The notes under the pieces: generated by a model
What the model saw: only the letters and a program-made list of their open reading frames with translations
Databases searched by the model: none
Told to the model about the DNA's origin: nothing
Shown: piece by piece, positions 40,428-62,054 of the stretch
Numbering within the stretch: position 1 is the stretch's first letter
Layout of the letters: each line of letters begins with the position of its first letter
Program-made: the position numbers and the translations under genes
From: Amoebidium appalachense
Lineage: Eukaryota; Protista; Ichthyosporea
Reading direction: 5' to 3'
NCBI GenBank assembly: GCA_963693365.1
Contig: CAVNZM010000002.1
Location: 4,108,259 to 4,172,258, forward strand
DNA length: 64,000 nucleotides

Positions 40428-42906
40428 ATGGCCTACGACTCCGGAGACGTTGCATGGCTGCTCACAAGCACAGCGCTTGTGTTTATGATGACGCTGGGTC
40501 TTGCCTTCTTCTATGCCTCCCTCGTGCGTGAGTCCCACCTTGCCGACACGCTTGGTCTCACCATCATCTCCATGGGCATCGTCACCATTCAGTGGGTTCT
40601 TATCGGCTACTCCCTCTCCTTTGGCTTCGGCACCAGCGGCTTCATTGGCAACTTCATGTTTGCCGGCCTCAGGCAAATGTCTTCTTCAGAGCCGTCAGCC
40701 GACGCAGAATCCTACGCTAGCAACGTCCCCGCCCTCGGCTTCATGGTTTTCCAGATGAGCTTTGCTGTGCTCACGCCGTCTCTCATCACCGGCGCGCTTA
40801 TTGGTCGTATTTCGTTCATGGGGTTCATTCTCTTCATCTTCCTCTGGACTACGTTCGTCTACGACCCCATCTGCCACTGGGTCTGGGGTCTTGACGGGTG
40901 GCTGCATACCCTCGGCTCGTTGGACTTTGCAGGGGGCTCCGTTGTGCACATCAGCTCTGGTTTTGCCGCCCTTGCCGCCGCGATTGTTGCTGGCAAGAGG
41001 CAACACCACGAGCGCGTCAACACGTCTGTAGATCTTCGCTTGAACCTGCTTGGTGCCGCCTTGCTGTGGGTGGGCTGGTTTGGCTTCAACGGCGGGTCTG
41101 CCGTGTCGGCTGGAGGCCTCGCCTCCTTGGCGCTCGCAAACACACAGGTGGGCAAACATTATTTGTTGCATTGGTGCCCATGTTCGGAGCAATCTATTTC
41201 TTGGTGGTGCATGCGATGCTCTGTTGCCTCATGGTTGATCGTTGCATGCCCATGAAAACCAATTTTTGTTTCTATTCTTTATTTCCTTTCCAGTCTGAAA
41301 AAGTAACATATTATTTACGCTACCAGATTTGCGCCGGCACGTCCATGTTCGTGTGGGCGATTCTCGACATGGTGTGTGTTGGACACATTGCGCTGGACAA
41401 TGCGCTGTACGGTGCGGTGGTGGGTCTTGTGGTCATCACCCCTGCCTGTGGCTTTGTGGTGCCCGGCTACAGTGTCGTCATGGGCGTCTACGGCACAGCC
41501 ATCTCCTACCTCGTGCTGTTCCTCTGGAGAAAGTTCGTTGCCCCCTATTCCACCCCCTCCCCCCCTCCCCCCTCCCCCCGCACCACCACCACCACCCCCC
41601 TCCGCTCAGGCCCCCAATACGTAAGCATGATGGACAGTCCGAAATCTGCTTCACTCCTGCATTTGCCTATTCCTCCCCTTCCACCTCCCCACACCCTCGA
41701 CCCCTACTTTTGCTCCTTAACCCTCCAATTCCCCGCCTACCCACCCACCCACCCACGGTCGAACGCGAACTCGTGTTAACTTTTGCACTTCGAATTCCCT
41801 TGGATGTCAAATGAATAGTTAAGATTCAATGATTTTGTTCTACTAGCAACCAGAACATGCATAATATGCAAGAACAAACGCCTGAGCCCGTGAGATTGCC
41901 CATCGGCCCATGCCCCCAGGAGTTTGTTGCACAACATATCAATTGGCATGCCACTTGCACACATGAGAAACGTGCATTCACATTCAATTTATTGAGTCAA
42001 AACTGCTCAATCACAGATGCAATACATGCGCACCACAGCGCCATATCATATGTACACCACACAAATACAAAAAAAAAAAAAAAAAACCCGGGTCTACACT
42101 CTAAATATGAAAACTGCACCAGTTATTACGTTTGTCGCAGTATACTGTTTTTATCGGAAAAGTACAGATGTCCGATTCGCAAAAGCCTTAATGCGGATCA
42201 TGCGAGCACACAGAAGGTGACACTTTCGGATGTAATAGTTGGCACAAAAAACAAAAGAGTATCGTCGTTATAAAGCGCACAGAAAACCATCTATCACTTG
42301 CTTACACCCCATCCAACCCATGCAGGTATGCGCACGACTATGTTGACGATGCGCTGTATGTGTTCTGCTCCCACGGGATTGGCGGTGTGATTGGCTCCCT
42401 CTCCACCGGCCTCTTTGCTACCACAAGCGTCAACTCTGCTGGTATGCAACCCTCCCCAAATCCCCTTCCTCCCTTCTCCCTTTCGTTTCCTTTCGTCCAC
42501 ACCACTTTCCATTTCGGGCATTCCTTCCCTCCCCCCGTCCTATGTACCCCATTCACACCCCAGCCCCCCCCCCCCCCCCCCCCCCCCCCTTCTTTTCTGG
42601 CGCACGGACTCGTTTTCGCTCTGGCGCACCTGGGGATATCTATGATATTTGTGCACCGTTGCCCACACATACACAGACACACACACAATGTGCATGCATG
42701 GCACTGCTACCGACATCCGGTGCATGTTGTAAAAAATGCTCCCGACATGCTCATTACGCCGATGCACGATGACACCCACGACCTCCCCCCGTCCCCTCCT
42801 TCCTCATTGGTCCGACTCTCCTTGCCCAACTTGGTCTCCCTTCCCCCAAACATACACACACATTGGTGCTAACAAACCCGCTTACCTACCCCCCCCCCCC
42901 TCGCCC

Positions 42907-42957
<51 letters not shown>

Positions 42958-43271
42958 ACACACAAAACAAAACAAAACAAAACAAAACAGGTGCGGACGG
43001 TGCGTTCTACGGCAACCCCAAGCAGCTGGCCATCCAGCTTGCCGATGCATGTGCCACTGCGGGCTGGTCGTTTGTGCTGACCCTCCTCATCTCGCTGCTG
43101 GTCAAGTACACGGTGGGCCTGGGCGCACACATGGGGGCCAGCGAGGTCACCATGCCCCACACGGAGCAGAGTCTGATTGGCGCTACCGTCGTGCCCGTGA
43201 CCGTACTGGTCGGCCATGGGGGTGAAAATGGGAACGCAGATATGGTTAAGAAGCAGACTGAGAGCGCATGA
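40428..43271 (+). CDS. amt: Ammonium transporter (Amt/Mep family) copy 3, apparently intact, 440 aa; exons 40428-41147, 41327-41532, 42326-42441, 42991-43271
   Basis: GT-AG introns join to 1323 nt in frame. Contains the twin-His motifs DFAGGSVVH and HGIGG, plus WFGFNGGS, FQMSFA and GLVVITPA. Confidence 0.93.
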
Positions 43272-44189
43272 GAAACAAAGGTGTGGTGTGTGAGACGTGT
43301 CAAAAGGTAGTCGGACAGGAGTGGTAAAGACATAAAAAATTTTTTTCTCCAAATTTAGGACTTCTGGTGGGATACGGCGGGTGGTGGGCGGGGTATGTAA
43401 TAATCGTACTCTAGGTGCAAAGATACTTGAGGGTGCTCTAGTTTGCCGGCTGGACCGGCATACTCGCTTTGATAGAGAGGAGGAGATAAGGCTTCACTCG
43501 GACCTGGGTGGCACCTCTTCCGTTATTTTAAAATAGATGAATTTAGCAGTCCAAATCATGCTTTTGTGTCTGGCAAAGTTCAACGTCACAGTCAGAAAGC
43601 TTGTGTGTTGATTCTTTCAACCTATTCATAGCGTTACCCAATGGTTTTTTAGTGATAAATCACCAGCGGTTGATAGCTCTCACGAATTATTCAGTAATGG
43701 GGTGTATTTGAACTTTCATAGCACGTGCAAAATGTGCATGGGGCATGGGGGCGTGGTATGCACATGGACCTGCGAGCATGCCATTTTTCTCATATTCAGC
43801 CCCCCCCCCCCCCCTCCCCCTCCCCCCCCCCCCCCCCCCCCAGGCGCTGGCCCCAATATTCTTTCTCTTCCCTCTCCCCCCGATAGAAGTCCCGCCACAC
43901 ATTAAGAGCTTATAATCAAGTAAACGGCTACGTTATCAGCTACCGTAACAATGATAGATAGACTGTCAATTTGCACTGTTATAATTGAAAAGAGCCCCGA
44001 ACACTCAGCAGCTAGTCTCCAGGTCTCAGTGTCTTTCCTCCTCGCAACTCGTAGGGCCGATACCTATTCAAAGACGGCGAAGTTGGACAAGACATTGGTT
44101 TAATGTAATCCTCCCCCCCCCCCCCCCCCCCCCCCTGCCGCGCGCCCCTCTCTCCCCCCTCCCCCATTCCCCCGACTTTCCCACCGAAG

Positions 44190-44227
<38 letters not shown>

Positions 44228-44481
44228 CCTGCGCCCTCCAACAACTTGATTAAGTTAAATCTAATGCCAGCACCACCAGCGTCTGTAATTGGCATGTCAT
44301 ATCAACCCCTCAATGCAGTCATGCTTCATTGGTGCTGCCCCCCCCCCCCCCCCCCCCAAAAAAAGAAAGAAAAAGAAAAAAAATATCCCTCCCCAATCTT
44401 CCCCTCCTACTAACACACACACACAGGCACGTGCACGGCGCACACACACACACACACACATGCATGCACGCGCGTGCGCGT

Positions 44482-44526
<45 letters not shown>

Positions 44527-44550
44527 ACGCACACACACACACACACACAT

Positions 44551-44581
<31 letters not shown>

Positions 44582-45443
44582 TACACACACACACCACGCG
44601 CGCACAAATATACCCATTACATCCCCACTCCCCCTCACCCCCCCCCCCCAAAAAAAAAAAAATAAGGTTTGGAGTAGCCACACCACTGCGCACATCCGAC
44701 ATCCGCAAACACCAAGATGTGGAATTCGGTCACGGGTAATTGGAAGTGAAGGGGACGGCCGTTCGGACACAAGAAAGGGGGGTGGATGCAGGAAGCATAC
44801 AGGTGCTCATTCATTACATGCGAAAAGCTCGGCATATATTCTCAAGGACTCTGCTGGCCAAAATACGTTCCCAGTTGACGATTTTTTCAGATTTGCGGTC
44901 AGAGGTAATGTAGTGCATCTCTGAGTTTGGATAAATATCGTTAATAACGGAAAAACGAATGTGGATATTCCGAAATTCAACCCCGAACTACGTATTTCTT
45001 ACAGGGTGAACAGCTTAGGCCAATTTCAGATCATTCATACAGATTCAATCATTAATATGCCTTTAGCGCTGACCTTCAGATGTGCAGATTCGTTCGAAAT
45101 TTGAAATTTGCCTCCCCTCCCCTCCCCCCCCCCCCCCCCCCCCCTCACTCTCCCCCCCCATATCCTCTCTTTCAGTCAACCGCGAAGAGAAACTAAAGCA
45201 ATCCTCCCCCCTCCACCCCTTCCCCTCCCCGGGGCGTCCCCCCACCCCCTTCTCCTCCCCCCAATACAATTAGAACAAAAAAAAAAAAAAAAGAAAGAAG
45301 GAGAGAAAAAGAGAAGAAGAGGAAAGATAAAAAAACTGGGAGTTTACATATTTGCGGAGGTTGCAAGCAACGTTACCAGAACCACCACCACGGAGTGAAT
45401 CGCCCCCCTTAAAGTACCGTGGGACGCACTAGACATGTCGACT

Positions 45444-48506
<3,063 letters not shown>

Positions 48507-48581
48507 TGTTATTTGAATTTGCCGACCTTAGTAGGTCAAAACAATGTGATGCGTCATTTAGCTTATTGATAAGTCGACCGT

Positions 48582-48630
48582 GAGCCACTTTAGTGGCTTG
48601 AATAGGTCGAAATAGCCACTAAAGTGGCTC
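48582..48630. repeat. 17-bp perfect inverted repeat whose arms are themselves palindromic
   Basis: gagccactttagtggct-N15-agccactaaagtggctc, with a third copy gagccacttttgtggctc at 49546-49563. Confidence 0.85.
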
Positions 48631-50599
48631 GTACCGGACGATCACCCCTGCAGCTTAGTGGTCAAGAGTCGCCCGCGCTTTCTAGATCTTGGCATGCCCA
48701 GTTAGCTGCTAAAGTTTCCTGCCTTTTTTGTCTCTGGACCAAGGTGATTGGCGTAAAAAAAAAGGGCGCCAGCGCTTGCCAACCAACTCGGGGTATCGTG
48801 TTTTTTAGCATTCCTCGGCAGTCGACAGATCGATTTCAGCCCAGATTTCTGCCGGAAGCGGGTGAACCCCTTGAGCCCAAAGCCCCAAACTCAAAGATAA
48901 GCTAGCTCCCCGGCACGTGCTTCTAATACTGATCGAGTCATTGCAATTGACTGGGCTCTATGTTTCTCAGTTTTTGTAGGGCAAGGGTAGTAGAAGTGCA
49001 CAGTTTAAACAGAAGCCGTTTATTCACCTACTATTGACTTATAAACATAAAGAAATGATCGTGAGTCACGACTCACGGGATGCTTGACGTTATATAAATC
49101 CTGCAGCTGTACGTACTGTACATAGTATGCCACATGTACAGGGCCTACAGGAACCACGTGCGATTGTGTGTACATATGACGTAACACCAGATTGTTATGG
49201 CCAAGTTTTGAACATGGCCTTGATTGTGGCTTGCGACAGCACAACTGAATCCTGACCACAATTGTGCCAAACTCCTGCGACACTTTTGTGAATACATGCC
49301 ATTAGCCATACCCACTGAGTCCATGGATGGGACCGCGCATTCCCCTTAAATGATGCCTCGTTATTATTATCACAGACTTTGTCTGGTGAAGAGCCATGTT
49401 CGACCAGCTTGTCATTTTCGCTGTATGTTGCTTTATCTCATTTTCCTCTTGTCCCTCTGCAAGGCAGCAGGGGCGGCCAAACCAAACGATACCATTCACT
49501 AGGCTAGTAGCACAATGATAATAAGCCGACCGGCGATCTAGATCTGAGCCACTTTTGTGGCTCGAATGACCTAGTTGCGCGCGATCCCTACAAGTGGTAG
49601 TAAACATACAAAACTCACAAAACAAACTACACACCGACGTTGTTGACAACCTAACGGTCACGCAGACATCAAGAACACGAAGTTTTGTCTCTAATGTCTG
49701 CTTCATACTGCGCTGCGAACTTGGGGTTGAAGCGAAGAATTTGATTTTCTGGACGAATTTTTGGTTATGTTCGAAATATTGTCTCCCCACGGTGTGCTAC
49801 GGCCTAAAATAACTAGTAGAAAACAAAGAGGATAGTATTGGCATGCTACCTGCAAAGTTTGATGGTTTTACGTCGTCATTTCACTGAGATCACTTAGTCG
49901 CGTTCTGCCACGGATAGCCTTCTTCCACCGGAAATGGAGGTCGGCAGTCGGGCGGAATCGATTCAAATTCACACTGGGAGATCTCTGGACAAGTTTTTGG
50001 TTATGTCAATATATAGGTGCTTCAAGGTGTGCGGACCCCTTTAAAAGTAGCAGAAAGCAAAGAATAATGTGCTAGCATGCTAGCGGCAAAATTTGAACTG
50101 AAGTGGGGGAGCATAACTATCAGCTGGTACTACAGTTGCTATATATTTGTATTGCCCCCACAACACTGAAGAGGGGCACGGCGAAAATAAACACTTGTTC
50201 TTGCACAGTAGTGGGGTGGTGTAAGCCACTGGCCCGGGGTGAAGGGCAGTGTAGGCTCACAGTAAGCACCGGGGTGAAGGTGCAGGGAGGCCCTGGGTGA
50301 AGGGCGGGCAGGCCCGGGTGAAGGGCAGGGAGGAACCCTGGATGACGGACGGGTAGTAATGGGGGGTTGACGAAGCAGCCCGGGGTGAAGGGCTGTCGAC
50401 CTTAGGCCACAGGGGAGTCGCCGTCGAGAGTAGACTTGATGTGATCGAAAGCCGAGTGAGTGCAGTCTGACTGAAGGGCGCCGGGAGTACGAATTTATAT
50501 ACCCACTGAGGGTACTAGAGTCGGCGAAGGATGAAAACTGTAGGTTTTTAGTGGGAGTCATCACAGCACCATCCACACAGCATCGTGCACATACCCGCT

Positions 50600-55546
<4,947 letters not shown>

Positions 55547-55718
55547 GTGAATGCCGCCGGGCTTTTCTCTCACTACTCCCCCCCCCCCCTCTTTTTATTA
55601 CGTATTTATCTATTATTTAGTTGATTTGATTTTTATTTTATTTTTCATTTGAAATGTGTTTTTTTTTTTTTATGACCGGGGGGTCGAGAGAGGTGTGTGT
55701 GTGTGGGAGGGGAGCCGG

Positions 55719-55757
<39 letters not shown>

Positions 55758-56280
55758 ATGAACAAAATGAATTTCCTTGACGAATGTATATGCATTCAAA
55801 CTGTAGGAATATTGAGTCGGGAAGTTGTATAGGCGAATTGATGTTCATTGCCTCAGCCCAGGTTAATTAGTCTGACTAGGGGTCGGACACCCGTATTTCA
55901 CATAATTGCGCTATTGAATTCCATATTTGTACGTCATATTGGATCATCGGAAACCGTTGCGTGTACAGTACTTTGCATATCAATATCCAAGTATTGTGAT
56001 AATCATCGGAATGAATTTCAAACCGAGGGCCTTGCTGCCGACTTACGTCCTGGTATAGTTATGTATACCGCCTAATCCAGTCTGAACGAACAATATATTT
56101 GAATTGGACAACGGCCTTTCAGTACTTTCTGTTGGTGTCACATGACAAGGCACCTGGTGTATATTGCAGAATGAAGTTAATCAGAAACTTTCTAATCCTG
56201 TCGGCCCGGAGGAGGATCATATCGGGTCTTTCGGATTCAAGGCTGTGTTTTCTGTGTTTTCATCTCTCTCCCCCCCCTTT

Positions 56281-56333
<53 letters not shown>

Positions 56334-58061
56334 CTCTCTCTCTCTCTCTCTCTCCCCCGCCCCCCTCCCCCCCTCTCTCCCCCTCCCCCCCCCCCCGTCT
56401 GCTCTCTATCTCTCTCTCCCTCCCTCTCTATTCCTCCCTCCTTCCCCCCCCCCCCCCCTTCCCCCCATCTCTCTCTCTCTCACCTCTCTCTCCTTTACAA
56501 GCTTTGGAGGTTTGGGGGGAGGGGGGAGGAGGAGGAGAAAGGGGGTGGGGGCTTGAGTTGATGTTGCTTTGGGGGGAAGGGATTAGGGGAAGGGGAGGGG
56601 AGGGGAGGGGGGAGGGGGAGGGGGGTTGAGGTGGAGAGGGGGGGGGGGATGGAAGGTGGGTAGGGTGGGATGAGGGGGGGGTATTGGGCGCGCGGGCGTG
56701 TGTATGCGTGTGTGTGTGTGGGGGGGGGGGGGGGGGGGGGGGGGTAGGTGGGGGGGGGGGGATGGGGGGATGGGGGGGGTATAATTCGGTGTGTGGTAAC
56801 ATGGGGGGGGGTATTCGGCGTGTGGTAACATGAGGGGGGGAGGGGGGGGGTAGAATGTGGTGGTGTAACTGAATACATAACATGTACACCGAGACGTCTT
56901 GTGTGAATCAAGGTAACTATCCAAAATATCAGTACATGGGTGGGACGTGTACCCACCGATATCAGTACATGGGGGGGGGGGGGGGGGGTGGCTCTCTCTT
57001 AGAGTATGCTACAATCTTTTTAGGAAGAACAAGATGCTGATTTTGTAAAGCGCACATGATACACAACTACGACAGACACCACACAGATTTTGGAGCGGGG
57101 TGGGGGGTAACCGTAAAGACAGTCATTGCGTTACGGAGCACACAATGCCGACGGAGACCACAACGTAGCAATTGAAAAAGACACACACACAAAGGATATT
57201 CAAGACTTAGCGTTGGTGGTGTTGTGGCTGCGCGCCGGGGAGGAGCCTCGGAAGGTGGGGGGGGGGGGGGGGGGGGGGGGGCAGAATGTGGTACATAGCA
57301 CCAAGTATGCATATACACACAACGGGCAACACATGACGGTTTGCAATCCACACAGAGGTTCGGGGCTAGGCATGATTGAGGGTCTACGGCTAACACTAAT
57401 CGCCACCTTACGTGCCTACAACAGGGAGTGGCGACAGGGTGGATGGTGGGAGCGCACCTGTGGGATAAGAGGGGGGGGGGGGGGGGAGGGAAGGAGGGGG
57501 AACATGCGCATACAACTGGACGATGAGAAACACGGTGCATGACTTAAGTCACACGACAAGGAACTCTCTTCCAAGCCAAACATTAAGGGAACAAGTGGTG
57601 TTTCCGTACCTGTAAGGTAGTGCATGCGGAGCACGGCACGGGCTGACGAGACATAAGACTCACGAGGACATAATGAAAGCGTACCGAGTTTATTCATCTA
57701 CGTGACCCAGCACGAACTCACTTAAGGGCAATCTGCTTTGCACTCAATCGCCCAACTCTTCTACTTTTGAGTAGCCGTGTCTGTGCTTGGCTGTGAGCAG
57801 GGTTGCCTACGTGTTAATGATCATAATAAAAAGATGTCTCCTTTCATAAAAACGGACAAGTGTGTGAAACGGTGGGTTGCCTACACGAACAAGCATGTAT
57901 GAATGTATATGTATGTATGTACATTGCATCAAGCAAGACTGGACCTAGACTATATTACGTTCACATATTTTGATTTCTTGCCTGCGCAACCGTGCATGGC
58001 CGGTGGAACTACCCTGCCCTGCCAGCGGCAAACATACGTAACGGTGGCCGCATGGCCCCAC

Positions 58062-58794
58062 CTACAACTCGTCCTTTGCGGGCTTCTTCTCATCCTCATC
58101 CTTGATCTCCTCCTCTTCTTCCTCATCGTCATCGTCATCTGCAGGCGGAACGAGAGGATGTTAGATAAGGCACATCGACAGAGGAAACGATCACAAAATG
58201 CCCTAGCTGTTTTATACAAAAAGCACTCGACCGTCTTCTTATCTTATGCTACTCGTGCGGTGACCAGTGTACCTCGCACATAACCCCCCTCTCCTCCTCC
58301 CCCCCCCCCCCCTCAAAAACACACCAATACTGTACCATATACCCTCGCCAACCTCCCCATTTCCTGTCATCATCGTGCCATAAAATCCTCCCCCCCCCCC
58401 CCCCCCCCGACACTCCGTCCCCCTCCCCCAAAAAACAGAAGGACTCACACATACCCTTCTTGTCATCCTCCTTCTGCTCGTTCTTCTTCGCCGCCTCCTC
58501 GGCCTCCTTTGCTTTCCTCTCCTCCTCGGCCTTCTTGTCGGCCTCCTCCTTCAGCTTCTTCTCCCCCTCGATCGTCACCTTGAACGTCTCCTCCGCGAAC
58601 TTCTTGGCCTCAGAGATGCTGTCGGCAATGAGGATGTTGTCGAAGATCGACCCGGACTTGACCTGCACGGGGAAATGGGTGTAAGTAAGCAGGCAGGCAA
58701 AGTGTGTGCAAAAAGGGTAAGGTGTGAATGTGGCTACTAAAATCCATGTTGGAACATGGGAAGCTGTCTGTGAAAAAGGGAAAAGTGATGGGGT

Positions 58795-58864
<70 letters not shown>

Positions 58865-58913
58865 GGGAGCAAGGGATGGATTGACCAAACATAGACAGGT
58901 TGTTTGTGTATGT

Positions 58914-58974
<61 letters not shown>

Positions 58975-60899
58975 ACTTGCCTGCCACAGGTCGAGACCGA
59001 TGGCGCCGAGGTCCTTGTACAGGTAGAGGTTGTCGTCGGGCTTGTACTCGGGGTTGGGGATCTTGGGCTTGACCCACTTGCCCTTGTAGGCCGGGTTGTC
59101 GATCTGCTTGGGGGCCCAGGGGCCCTTGTACTCGGGGTTGGGGATCTGGGGGGCCTCCCACTCACCATCATCCTCATCATCCCAGTCCTCGGGCTTCTTG
59201 GCCTCGGGGTCGGCAATGAACTCGGGCATGTCGTCCCAGCCCTCCGGCTTCTTGTCCTCAGGGTCGGGGATCTTTGCCCGCTCATCCCAGTCCTCGGGCT
59301 TCTTGGCATCGGGGTCGTCGATCTCCTTGGGCGGCAGGAAGTCCCAGTCCTCCTCGAGCTTGCCGCTGGCGGCCTGGGGTTGGGGAGAGGATGTCAGTGA
59401 GTGAAAGGGCATCAACCGGAGGAAGGGGTGTTGAAGGGGGTGGGGATAGGAACGAAGCAAGCTGAAGGTGGTGAATGCAGGCGGGAGAGGGGAGGGGGTA
59501 GGGATGTTCTATGTACAAGATTCACAAGGGACCACGTGAGAAGCAGATGCGTGGCACATTGCTGCAGGAAGGTAAACAATGGGCCGTGTGTGTGCTGGGA
59601 AGGGTGGGGTGGGGGGGTGGGGGAGAGGGGCATTCGATGTGGGGGATATCGTTTGTCGGGTCTGCCCAAGTAGATTACAGGAGGCAAGAGCTACAGGCAC
59701 AGCATAGGACAGGCAAAGCCAGCAGAAAAGAACCGTACAGACAGTTCACATGCCTATATAAGGACTGTTGTAAGGTGTCAGCATGAACAAAGTTGTCAAC
59801 AGAAAGGAAGGAAAGAGCAACAGGAGGAGGAGGAAGGGGGGGTGGGGAAGGGGGGTGAAACCTGTTGCAGACGCACACACAAAGAGGAAGTACTCTTGAG
59901 ATCACATCTCCTCGTGGGGGGGGGGGGGGGGGGGGGGGGAGGGAGAAGGGGTACATAGGGGGTTTGGGAGGGTGGGGAGACAAGGGAAAGAAACGATACC
60001 TTCTCAAGGTCAACCAAGACCTCGTAGGTGTTGTCGGGCTTGACAATAAGGGTGTACAGGTGGGTCGACTCGTCGTGCTTAGCAGGGATATCGACCTTCT
60101 TGAGCAAGTTCTTGCCCTTGTAGGTGAAGATGACGTGCACACGCTTGGTGCTGCCGCAAATATCGGGGCCGAACATGATAGAATACGGGGTGTCACCGTG
60201 CATCTTCTCCTGGTCGAGGTCCTTAGTGAAGACCTTAACGTAACCACCACCGCAGTCAATGCCCTGCTCGTGCTTGACGGAGAACTGGATTACGAGGTCC
60301 TTACCCTCGTTGCTGAAGGGGTCGAACTTAGCGGAAATTCCGTAGAACTTGGCATCCTGGCTAGTCTGGAGACCTGCAGGGGAGAAAAAGCAGGTCAGAC
60401 TCGATGCTGAAAGAACAGGATACCAGAATAAAGAATTGTTCCTCCCTTAGAAACAAGAATATAAAAATTACCCCACCCCCCACTATTCGTCCAACAACGA
60501 CTTTTGTCCTCACAACCCACTCGATGCCATGATACGGGTAGCAGTTCAGAAGACCAATACTAAGCAACAACAGCAAGCACCAACCAATCTACGCAGCAAC
60601 CCCTTAAGGCACAGATGACTTGTCAGGATCGAGTGTAAATGCCTTCACAAGGACAACACTTACCCTTATCCTTCTCAGCGTCGGCATAGAACTTGCCAGC
60701 AGACAGCTTCCACTCGCCTTGCTCGGCGCCCTTGAACGTGGAAGAGACCCAGCGGCTCTTGTATGAATCTGAGTAAGTAAACAGCTGTCAGCTAGAGCCT
60801 AAACAGAATGCTCCGAGACAAACAAACCCACAAAGTGACAGGGGGGAAAAGACGGGATGGCGTGACGAAGGGAGAGTGGTGGTAATAGTTTGTGGTCTT

Positions 60900-60938
<39 letters not shown>

Positions 60939-61291
60939 GGAAGGAAGGGAGAGGGGGGAAGGAGGGGAGGGGCTAACCCGTAAAAGAAATGAACAAGAGG
61001 AACAAGTACAAATTCCCTCCTCTAAGAGACTCAAGGAAGAAACTTCAAGCATATCTGGAACTACAACTATGCTGGCCACGAAAGCTCCGCTACGAAAGTC
61101 CCCCAAGCGGCGAAACTCATACCCAGGATCGGAAAAGATCTTGACCACGACACTAATGACCGTTGAAAGTGGCTATCTTTCTAAGGCACATCCTTCTTTT
61201 CTTGACAACACTCACCATCGAAAGTCTCCTGGAAGAGGATCTTTGCCGACGCAACGCCGGCAAGGAGGGCAACGGAGGCAACGGGCTTCAT
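58062..61291 (-). CDS. CALR: Calreticulin; exons 61291-61216, 60768-60664, 60373-60000, 59373-58981, 58662-58455, 58138-58062
   Basis: Signal peptide [46 protein letters not shown]-domain repeats, DLWQVKSG, an acidic tail and C-terminal KDEL. Confidence 0.96.
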
Positions 61292-62035
61292 TTTCGCTGA
61301 CAGTTATACAAGACGTGGGGGGAGGCTACACCACGGAAAACTGAGGGGTGAGGGGGTGGGTGGCAAGAATTTATCCACAGTGAGACGCATCGAAGGAATT
61401 TTACAGGCAGGTAATCTTCGTGATTTACAGCGAATTAGAAAGGGAGAAATGCTGCTCATAAAATTGATCTGGTCGCAGAACTGAAAACGTGAGTATTTTA
61501 GGATGGAATATATAACAGGAACCACAACATTATGAAAAACATAAATAGGTAGCTATTAAAAGTTATACAGATCATTTTCCTATTTATATAGACTGTAGTT
61601 TTTATATATGTGTAATCCCGTTTTCGATCTAATAACGCTGTTTTGTTTACTCTTTTCTCTTCCAATCAAGAACAGGGGCAAGCACATAGCAACCTGCGCA
61701 CAAACCGGCTGGTCAAAACACATTGTGACATAACAAGAATGCAATTGGATGCAGATCCAAGTACTTGCTCCCAAAGTTCATCTATGAAACAAAGATCTTC
61801 CATCAGAACAAAAAAAAGCGTATGTGAGAAAAAGGTAAAGTGAAGGTAGTAATTTTTTTCGTCTTTTACTGTTGTAATAACGAATATTGAGACGAAAAGG
61901 TGCTGTTCCCAGTGTGTATGCAGATGAATAGCGGTCAACATTCCATTGCCATAAATATTTTTGGTGGTATACGTGCAAGCTTTTCATTGGTCAAGCGTGC
62001 AGCGCTCGTTGTTTCAGGAATAGTCTTATTGGTAA

Positions 62036-62054
62036 CCAATCAAAACGTGCCACA
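62036..62054. promoter_or_regulatory. ERSE-like element upstream of calreticulin
   Basis: CCAAT-caaaacgtg-CCACA fits CCAAT-N9-CCAC(G/A). Confidence 0.5.

Noticed and set aside
50230-50395. CRISPR-like repeat-spacer pattern
   Set aside because: Repeats are only ~12 bp, spacers are irregular, no cas genes are present and the context is eukaryotic.
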